DNA of 64,000 nt from positions 6,291-70,290 of the IMG/VR virus record IMGVR_UViG_3300001589_000007. One strand, written 5' to 3'. The notes under the pieces are model-generated. The model did no database searches. It worked only from the letters and a program-made list of their open reading frames with translations, and had not been told where the DNA came from. This document shows, piece by piece, positions 10,783 to 19,700 of this stretch. Made by a program: the position numbers and the translations under genes. The first letter of the stretch is position 1. Each line of letters begins with the position of its first letter. This DNA comes from a virus.

Positions 10783-11112
10783 ATGGCAACATATTTTAGA
10801 AACAAAATTATTAAAAACATAGGAACACAAAAAATTGAAGTGTTTGCAAGCGATGGGTCAACTAACGCTACGGTGCTAGGAATAAATGTAGCAAACATAA
10901 CTGATTTTGCAGTGAACGTAAACATTTATGTTAAAGATGATACAAGTGTTGAAGGGTTTTTTATGAAGGATGTTATGATAGCACCAAATAGTAGTTTTAA
11001 AGGAATGCTTGGAGGAGAAAAATTAATTATTCCTGCAAACAATTCCTTATTGATACAAAGTAATTTAACTGATAGTTGTGATGCTATCATAAGTTATGTA
11101 GATATAGTATAG
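10783..11112 (+). CDS. Small virion-associated/fibre partner protein
   Basis: 109 aa beta-rich ORF directly after the fibre gene; similar in size and pattern to 22213..22533. Confidence 0.6.
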   Translation: MATYFRNKIIKNIGTQKIEVFASDGSTNATVLGINVANITDFAVNVNIYVKDDTSVEGFFMKDVMIAPNSSFKGMLGGEKLIIPANNSLLIQSNLTDSCDAIISYVDIV

Positions 11113-11121
11113 GAGTAATAG

Positions 11122-11856
11122 ATGTCAAATTCAGCATATTTTGGTAATGGAGCAGATAATGTAATGAACGGGTTAGACGGTAGATTCTTTTATGGACTAC
11201 GTAGAACTGACGACGGAGAATTGTTTATTACAAAAGTAGATCAAATGGATCCAAATGAAACTATACAAGTAAACGCACCAGGCGATCCTAGTAAAAATTA
11301 TAAAGACTTTGAACAAGGCACTGACTTCTTTGAAGGCCGCGATCAAAATCATGAATACGTTTATGAAAATTTAACATACGAACAACTACGTTGGGATGAC
11401 AGACATTTATTTTATTATATTAATCCAGAAGGAGAATTAGTTGTAAGATTCAACAGACCTTACACATATCCATCTGGAGTAAGTAGTGACGGAAATAGCG
11501 ATTATAACCCAAGACACTTTAAAGTTACTGTTGCAACTGGCACAACAGGATATGGAACTGGAAATAGATACTATCTAAATGGTATTCTTATACCAACATT
11601 AAATTTATACGAAGGACAGACATATACATTTGGACAAGCAGATTCCTCAAATAATACACATCCAATTAGATTTTCAACAACTCCAAACGGAACACATGGC
11701 GGTGGAGTAGAATATACTACTGGCGTTACTAAAATAAGTACAGCTGGTTTAGAGGGAGCATATGTTAAAATTCAGGTACCTGTTAATGCTCCAACATTAT
11801 ATTATTATTGTGTAAATCATAGTGGTATGGGCGGACAAATAAATACACTTACTTAA
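11122..11856 (+). CDS. Structural protein with C-terminal cupredoxin-like domain
   Basis: AGGAG SD; HPIRFS...LYYYCVNHSGMGG gives His/Cys/His/Met spacing like a type-1 copper site. Confidence 0.6.
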   Translation: MSNSAYFGNGADNVMNGLDGRFFYGLRRTDDGELFITKVDQMDPNETIQVNAPGDPSKNYKDFEQGTDFFEGRDQNHEYVYENLTYEQLRWDDRHLFYYINPEGELVVRFNRPYTYPSGVSSDGNSDYNPRHFKVTVATGTTGYGTGNRYYLNGILIPTLNLYEGQTYTFGQADSSNNTHPIRFSTTPNGTHGGGVEYTTGVTKISTAGLEGAYVKIQVPVNAPTLYYYCVNHSGMGGQINTLT

Positions 11857-11871
11857 AGATTAGGAAAGAAA

Positions 11872-14800
11872 ATGGCTGAATTTAGAATTGATAGAATTAG
11901 ATATAACTGGAAAGGTATGTGGGGTGCCTCAACAGCTTATATTAAAGATGACATAGTTGCATATGGTGGTAAAACATTCGTTGCTTTAACCAGTCATACT
12001 GCATCTGCTGATTTTAATACAGACTTAGATAATATATTAAGTGGAGAATCAACGCCTAAATGGGAACAAGTTGCTGATGGTAAAGACTGGAAGGGCGATT
12101 GGCTCCCTTCAACATTTTATAAAGTTAATGATTTAGTTAAATATAGAGGAATTGTTTATAGTTGTATTGATAGCCATACTAGTGCATCTAGTGTAGCATT
12201 AGGATTAGAGAACGATCAAGCTAAATGGACCCCTTATGCTAAAGGTTACAACTGGTTAAATCTATGGTCAGCATTTACTGAATATAAGAAAAATGATGTA
12301 ATACGTTATAATGGTATTGTTTATATTTGCCTTGTTGATCATCAATCAAATACAACTAGTGCAGGTATAGAATACGATCAATCAAAATGGGCCATACTCC
12401 AAAGAAGTGATTTTTGGAAAAATAATTGGGCTGTAGGAACACGATATGTTAAGGACGATGTTGTAAGATATGGCGGTAACTTATATAGATGTACGGTTGG
12501 TCATACCAGTAATGATGACCTTGCAGAAGGAATAGGTACAGACTTAGGATTAGATTCAAGTGTTGCTAAATGGGAAATGGTTAGCGAAGGTATTGAATAT
12601 AAAGGCGAATGGACTGGTACTAACTACAAAACTAACGATATTGTAAAATATGGATCTAGCTTGTATAAAGCTAAAAGAGGAATGAGTGGAACTGACACAT
12701 TTTTTATTGGACAAGACTGGGACATATGGGTACCTGGATTAGGATACGAAACAGAGTGGAATGCGGCAGTACTTTATCAACCAGGAGACATTATTACGTA
12801 TGGTGGATATACATACACATGTTTACAACTTAGTGTAGGTGAAAATCCTTATGAGCAAGGATTACTTCAAGATGCAGGTAAATGGGAAATATTAACTAGA
12901 GGATATGATTTTAAAGGTGACTGGAATATTACCCTAGTATATCCAATGGGTAGTGTAGTTAGAAAGAACGGATATTTATACGAAGCAAGGGTTGTGATAA
13001 CACCTGGTGATTTAGTTGAGCCAGGTGATAATACACCAGGCGGCAGTGATCAACCAATTAAGGGCGGAGTATATGATGCAGACGGTGAAACAAAGTGGTT
13101 ATTATTAGTAACTGGGATATTTTGGAAAGGTGAATGGAGAGAAGCCGCTGGTGAAGATACTCCTGAAGATGATAGTTCATACTTTCAGTATTATCCGGGC
13201 GATGTTGTTATGGATCGAAGTATTACATATATTTGTAAAAAACAACATTTTAGTAATTTATTTGAAGCAAGACCTATATTTGACTTGGACGAAGAAACAG
13301 GAGCCGCTCAATACTGGACTATATATTTTGGTAACTCAACAGCGGCAGTAAATAACACACTACGTTACAGAGGAGATATTAGGACATATAATACAACATA
13401 TGATGGAAGTACAACCGGACCAACAAACCTTAGTATAGGAGCCGCTGGATCATCATTGAAAGTTGATAATACTAATATAGTAAAATGGGAAGATTTAAAC
13501 AAAACAGTAAATGTCTATTATGTTTCCCCAGACGGAACAGATGCTGTAGGGTTCGGATCTAACCCTGCTACAGCATATGCATCTATTAATTATGCATGTC
13601 AGTTTATACGAGGTGATGTAGCGGCTAGAGCACCTGCTACAATATTCATAGCAACAGGATTGTATCAAGAAATTCTACCAATTGTTGTTCCGGCAGATAC
13701 TGCTATTGTCGGCGATGAACTAAGAAGTGTAACAGTACAGCCTGCCGCAACATATGAAACATCAGATATGTTTAGAATGCATAACGGTTCAGGTTTAAGA
13801 AATATGTCACTACAAGGATTAAATGGAACACTAGGTGATCCTAATAGTAATCTAACAAGACGTCCAAGTGCAGGAGCATATGTTGCACTAGATCCTGCAA
13901 ACGGACCAGATGATACATATGCACACATTACTTCTAAATCTCCTTATGTACAAAATGTTTCAACATTTGGTAATGGATGTATTGGTATGAAGGTAGACGG
14001 AACATTACATAATAGCGGTAATAAGTCTATGGTTGCTAACGATTTTACACAAATTTTAAGTGATGGGATTGGATACTGGGTCAATGCTGATGGATTATCA
14101 GAACTTGTTAGTGTGTTTACATACTACTGCCATATTGGATATCTTTGTACTGATGGTGGAAAAATTAGAGCCTTAAACGGAAATAACTCCTATGGATTAT
14201 ACGGTAGTGTTGCAGAAGGATATAATGTTCTTGAAACCCCAGCAACAGCAATAGTTAATAATCGATCGAAACATGCACAAATCTTTAATACCTATACTGA
14301 TAAAAATGAAATATTTGGATTTGGGTTTACAAATGCAGGACAAGATTATACAAATGCAACAGTTTCGTTAGCAGGTCCAGGAACTGGTGCAACTCCATCT
14401 TATACTGAATTTAGAAAAGGCGGAGTGACGGAAATATTTGCAACAGAAGAAGACTCAAACTTTATAGGTGGTGCAAACTATCAATACGTATTAAATAAAG
14501 CTCAAAACGGTAACGCAACTCAAATTACATTGTCAGGTGCAGATACAGGAACAGAGGCCAAGTATATTGGTATGCGAATAAGAATTAATTCAGGAACAGG
14601 AACTGGACAGTTTGCTAAAATTAAAACTTTTAATCCAGCTATAAAATTAGTTACAGTAGAACAAGAGTCGACCGGCCAACCAGGCTGGGAACACGTCACC
14701 GGAATGCCCATAGTAGTAGCACTAGACGAAAGTAGCTTCTATGCTATCGAGCCAAGGGTAGATATACCACTTCCAAGTTTTGCAACATCAACAACAAATT

Positions 14801-16743
14801 TGAACGCAACAGCTAGATGGCAAGGTATTACATATGGTGCTAATGGATTTGTAGCTATTGCAAAAGGATCAACAACTGGAGCATTATCTACTGACGGATT
14901 ATCTTGGAGTTCAACTACACTTCCAAGCACAGCTGACTGGCAAGCAGTTACTTTTAATAATGGAAGATATATTGCAGTTGCAGAAGCCGGTAGTGCCGCG
15001 GCATATTCAACAGACGGTAATAATTGGAGTACTTCAACACTGCCTACAACATTAGACTGGAGTGATGTATGTGGTAACAGTAATACAGTTATAGCAGTTC
15101 CTAGAACAGGTGACAGTACAGGTTCAACAACTATAGCAAGGTCTACTGATAACGGTAGTGCATGGGCCTCAGTGAATGTTGGCTTTACTGCTGACTGGGC
15201 TAGTGTATCTTATGGATTAAGCAAATGGGTTATTATACAAGGAGGCGGCGATAAAGCCTACTACAGTATTAACGATGGAGTATCTTGGATAGCAAGTACT
15301 CTTCCTTCAAGCCAAGAATGGAATAGAGTAATATTTGCTAACGATAGATTTGTTGCTATATCAGAAAAAAGCGATAGTACAAGATGTGTAACCGCAGTTA
15401 GCTTAGACGGAATAACATGGCATGCAGGTAGCATGGAGACAGGTACGTGGAGAGATCTTGCATATGATAACGGATTATTTGTAGCATTAGATCCACTAAC
15501 AGATATTGTAGCAATGAGTAGAGATGGATTTGCTTGGTATTCAAATATTACTACCTCAGCGGCTGATTGGACTAGCGTAGCGGCATATGACGGAGTTTGG
15601 ATTGCTGTAGCTAGTGGAACAGATAGTGGTACTAGAATTGTTACAGGTGCAAAAGCAGAAGCGATTGCTATTGTAGGTAGTGGAAGAATTGCAACTTTTG
15701 TTATAAGTAATCCAGGTAGTTTTTATCAATCGGCAACTCCTCCTGTAGTCACAGTTTTTGATCCTGTATCAACGTTAGCAGTAACAAACGTAGCAAAAGT
15801 TGCTGACGGTGTGCTTGGATGGCCTACTTGGGGTAGTAGGGGAATTAACTACTTCAGTGTTATTGCTACTATTTCAGGCGGAGACGGATATGCTGAACTT
15901 TTACAAATTACAGATCGATTAATAGTTAGTAACTTATCAGAAATGCCAGGACCTGGTGATAATATTGCCATATCAGGAATAGACGATGTAACCTTTTATG
16001 TTGTTAAGACTATTTCAAGTGGAGGTTCAGCACCAACATTTGATGCTGAATTCCAAATTAGCCCAAGTTTAGGTAGGGCAGAAGCAGTAGCACATGCAAC
16101 TAATGTTACATTAAGAAAAAATTATAGTCAAATTAGACTTACAGGACACGATTTCTTAGATATTGGTTCAGGTAACTTTACAGATACAAACTATCCAGCA
16201 TTATATGTATTTGGGTTTGATTCAGTAAATGAACCGCAACAATTTAATGAAGTGTTACAATATGACGGCGGTAGAGTTTTCTACACAAGTACAGATCAAG
16301 ATGGTAACTTTAGAGTTGGTGAGTTGTTTGAAGTTGAACAGTCAACAGGTACAATATCAATTAATGCTAGTTTCTTTGACCTTAGTGGACTAACTGAGTT
16401 AGCACTAGGCGGAGTAGTACTAGGTGGAACAGGTGCTGTTGTTAGAGAATTTAGTACAGACGGCACATTTACAGCTAACTCAAATAACATTGTACCAACG
16501 CAAAAAGCAATTGGTATATATGTTAAATCACGTATTTCAAGCGGTGGATCAGATGTAGCAGTTAACAGACTAAACGCTGGTAATATTAGTCTTACAGGTG
16601 ATAAAATATTTACTCCACTTAATGGAAGAATTAATTTTAATACATCAGTAAATATACAGGGTGATCCAACAGGTACAGCCCCTCATGGAATAGAAGGTAG
16701 TATAGTTACTATAGCAATGTTCGCAGGTGGATCAGGTGTATAG
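11872..16743 (+). CDS. Large fibre/baseplate protein with about 8 CBM5/12-like repeats, beta-helix and BNR-like propeller
   Basis: 1623 aa; W..xxxY.xxDxVxYGGxxY repeats; STDGxxW propeller repeats at about 14810-15640; C-terminal GHDFLDIG..GGRVFYTSTDQDGNFRVG shared with the next ORF. Confidence 0.78.
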   Translation: MAEFRIDRIRYNWKGMWGASTAYIKDDIVAYGGKTFVALTSHTASADFNTDLDNILSGESTPKWEQVADGKDWKGDWLPSTFYKVNDLVKYRGIVYSCIDSHTSASSVALGLENDQAKWTPYAKGYNWLNLWSAFTEYKKNDVIRYNGIVYICLVDHQSNTTSAGIEYDQSKWAILQRSDFWKNNWAVGTRYVKDDVVRYGGNLYRCTVGHTSNDDLAEGIGTDLGLDSSVAKWEMVSEGIEYKGEWTGTNYKTNDIVKYGSSLYKAKRGMSGTDTFFIGQDWDIWVPGLGYETEWNAAVLYQPGDIITYGGYTYTCLQLSVGENPYEQGLLQDAGKWEILTRGYDFKGDWNITLVYPMGSVVRKNGYLYEARVVITPGDLVEPGDNTPGGSDQPIKGGVYDADGETKWLLLVTGIFWKGEWREAAGEDTPEDDSSYFQYYPGDVVMDRSITYICKKQHFSNLFEARPIFDLDEETGAAQYWTIYFGNSTAAVNNTLRYRGDIRTYNTTYDGSTTGPTNLSIGAAGSSLKVDNTNIVKWEDLNKTVNVYYVSPDGTDAVGFGSNPATAYASINYACQFIRGDVAARAPATIFIATGLYQEILPIVVPADTAIVGDELRSVTVQPAATYETSDMFRMHNGSGLRNMSLQGLNGTLGDPNSNLTRRPSAGAYVALDPANGPDDTYAHITSKSPYVQNVSTFGNGCIGMKVDGTLHNSGNKSMVANDFTQILSDGIGYWVNADGLSELVSVFTYYCHIGYLCTDGGKIRALNGNNSYGLYGSVAEGYNVLETPATAIVNNRSKHAQIFNTYTDKNEIFGFGFTNAGQDYTNATVSLAGPGTGATPSYTEFRKGGVTEIFATEEDSNFIGGANYQYVLNKAQNGNATQITLSGADTGTEAKYIGMRIRINSGTGTGQFAKIKTFNPAIKLVTVEQESTGQPGWEHVTGMPIVVALDESSFYAIEPRVDIPLPSFATSTTNLNATARWQGITYGANGFVAIAKGSTTGALSTDGLSWSSTTLPSTADWQAVTFNNGRYIAVAEAGSAAAYSTDGNNWSTSTLPTTLDWSDVCGNSNTVIAVPRTGDSTGSTTIARSTDNGSAWASVNVGFTADWASVSYGLSKWVIIQGGGDKAYYSINDGVSWIASTLPSSQEWNRVIFANDRFVAISEKSDSTRCVTAVSLDGITWHAGSMETGTWRDLAYDNGLFVALDPLTDIVAMSRDGFAWYSNITTSAADWTSVAAYDGVWIAVASGTDSGTRIVTGAKAEAIAIVGSGRIATFVISNPGSFYQSATPPVVTVFDPVSTLAVTNVAKVADGVLGWPTWGSRGINYFSVIATISGGDGYAELLQITDRLIVSNLSEMPGPGDNIAISGIDDVTFYVVKTISSGGSAPTFDAEFQISPSLGRAEAVAHATNVTLRKNYSQIRLTGHDFLDIGSGNFTDTNYPALYVFGFDSVNEPQQFNEVLQYDGGRVFYTSTDQDGNFRVGELFEVEQSTGTISINASFFDLSGLTELALGGVVLGGTGAVVREFSTDGTFTANSNNIVPTQKAIGIYVKSRISSGGSDVAVNRLNAGNISLTGDKIFTPLNGRINFNTSVNIQGDPTGTAPHGIEGSIVTIAMFAGGSGV

Positions 16744-16767
16744 AAATATTAAGGAGTATAGGGTTTT

Positions 16768-16775
16768 GATAAATA
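16768..16775 (+). promoter_or_regulatory. Late promoter GATAAATA
   Basis: Intergenic octamer upstream of GGAG and ATG 16800. Confidence 0.7.
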
Positions 16776-16799
16776 CAAGTAATAACATTGGAGTTACCC

Positions 16800-19700
16800 A
16801 TGGCAGAGTTTAAGTTAGGAAGAATTAGGTTTATTTGGAAAGATGAATGGTCTTCTTCTACCACTTACTATAAGGACGATGTAGTAAGATACGGCGGTAA
16901 AACTTTTATATGCATAGTTGGTCACATAGCTCAAACTGACTTTATGTTAGATTTAAATAATGCAACTCCTAAGTGGCAACAGTTTGCTGACGGACAAACC
17001 TGGAAAGGTGAATGGGCAGTCTCAACAGTTTATAAAATTAATGACGTTGTAAAATATGGCGGACTGTTATATATTTGTAATACTGGACACGTTTCAGATA
17101 CTAATAATATTGGAGGTCTTGAAAGTAATTTAGGCGACGATAGTACTGCGGCGTTTTGGGATCTATTCTCAGAAGGGTTTGATTACAAAGGTAATTGGAC
17201 AGTTAACACTAGATACAAAGTAAATGATATTGTTAAGTATGGCTCTAGGATCTATATTTGTACAGTATATCATGTAAGTTCAGCAACACTGACTCTTGGT
17301 TTAGAAACCGATCAAGTTAAATGGGATATGATGAGTGACGGACAAGACTGGAAAACAGATTGGACGATTAATACTCGATATAAAGTCGGCGACTTAATTA
17401 AATACGGTGGACAAGTTTATAGAGCAAATACAGGACATACGTCTGCAACAACTATTACATCAGGACTTGAAGCAGATCAAAGTAAATGGGATTATTTTCA
17501 TAAGGGTATTGAATATCGAGGTGAATGGGCAAATGCAACACGTTATAGAATAAATGATGTAGTAAAAGATTCAGGCGGTACTTGGATTTGTACGACTTAT
17601 CATACTTCAGATGCAACACACGAAAATTTAAGATTAGATCAATCTAATTGGGCAATTTTTATTGCTGGATTGGAGTTTGAAGATACATGGGGACCATATA
17701 GTGAATATCAACCAGGTGACATTGTTACATATGGTGGGTATACATATATTGCTAAAACTAATAATACGCAACAAAAACCAGCAGAACAAACGGCACATTG
17801 GCAAGTATTTGTAACTGGGTTTAATTTGCGAGGAGACTACGGAGACGATTCAACAAATCAAGATTACTTAGTTGGAGATGTTGTACGACTAGGAGGATAT
17901 ACATATCTTGCCAAAGCTAACTCAAACGGACAGCGTCCTCCAAACGCAACTTATTGGGATAAGTTAAACGAAGGTGCAAAATGGAAGGCCGCATTTACTA
18001 ATAGCACTTTTTATGATGCAGGAGATGTTGTAACACAAGGCGTAAATGCATACATTTGTATATTAGCCCATACATCTAATAACGGAGTCAACGATCCAGC
18101 AAATGACGGAGCAGGACAATATTGGAACTTCTTATCAGGTGGTGCAGAATCAGGCAACTTAACAACAGCCGGCGATCTAGTTTACTATGGTGGATCAGGC
18201 CCACAAAGACTACCAATTGGAAAACCAGGACAAGTACTTAAAGTAAACGACGATGCAACAGCTCCAGAATGGGCTTACTTTGGATTTGTTAATCATGTTT
18301 ATTACTGTGATAATACTAAGGGTACTGACGGAGAAGCTCCTGGGCACGGTATTACAATGGACCGTCCTTTTAAAACTATTAAATTTGCATGTGAACAAAT
18401 TCAGTTAGGTGCAAATTTACAAGAAGATAGAAAACTACTAGAACAAAATAGAGCATTTATGCAATCAGAAGTAGTTGAATTTATTGATTGGAGTGTTGCT
18501 AATAACAGTGCTCCGTTTACAAGTAGCTTTACATATAACAAGACTAAATGTTCTAGAGATACTGGTATATTAGTAGATTCTATAGCATGGGATATTAGCC
18601 ATGGCGGAAATGTTAAATCAAGAGAATCAGCACTAGCATATTTTGTTGGAGGCGCTAGCCAAGTATCGGGTCAAGAAAGCCAGACAGTAGCGGCTCTTGA
18701 TTATCTAAAGGTACTTGTATCTCATGTGCTAGAAAAAACTGATCCAGCAGTAAATTATCAAACATTAAATAGTATTAGCCCAGCAGTTACACAAGTTAAA
18801 CCGTCGGCACTAACAACATCACAAGCTACAATGTTTAAACCAACAGGAGCGGCATACACTCCTACATCAGGACTACTAGTGCTGACAATTGGTACACATC
18901 CATTTAAGGTAGGACAAACTATTAGTATTGGTGAAAGAAGTTTAACGTTTACGTGTGCCCAAGATAGTCATGCAACTAATCACTTCTATCCAAGGAACAC
19001 TGATCCTGCGGCAGGAAGTTATAGAGCTATTACAGCAGTTACAGCAAATACTATCAGTGTAAATGTAGGTATATCAAGTAATACAACTGCTCACCTATTT
19101 GTAAGTTCTCAGGAAAATGCTGTAGCACCGGTTGGGATTGTAGGTACAACAAGACACTTATTAGCACTCACAACCGATGCAATTACAGCAGGAAGTATAA
19201 GTGGTGTTCCAGCAGTAGTAAAAGCACAAAAAACTATATTTTGTAAAACAGGACAGTTTTTAGAAACACTTCCTATTAGAGTACCAGAAGATACAGCGGT
19301 TGTAGGCGACGAATTGCGTTCGACTAAGATTAGTCCAGCAGGTACAGTAACAGCTTCAGAAGACACTCCAAAAAGTTTAGCATCAATAGCAAGATTAGCG
19401 GCAGTTATGCCTACACTAATTAGTAACGGAAATATTACAGAATCAAGTGGTAATAGTGTAACACAAGTAATAACTAGACCAGCAGGCTCAACAGCCGCAG
19501 GTAACTATATATCAAACTTGTTTACTGAACTTCATGATTATATTGATTATGGTGCAAATGGTGCATCAGGAGATAGTACTGTTCCTGCATTTAGAGGAAC
19601 AAACACTCCGAGAACAGATACAGGATATACATATGCTGTAGAAATACTTGAACAAAATAGAGCATACTTAGTAGCAGAAGTACATGCATATATCGCAGTA

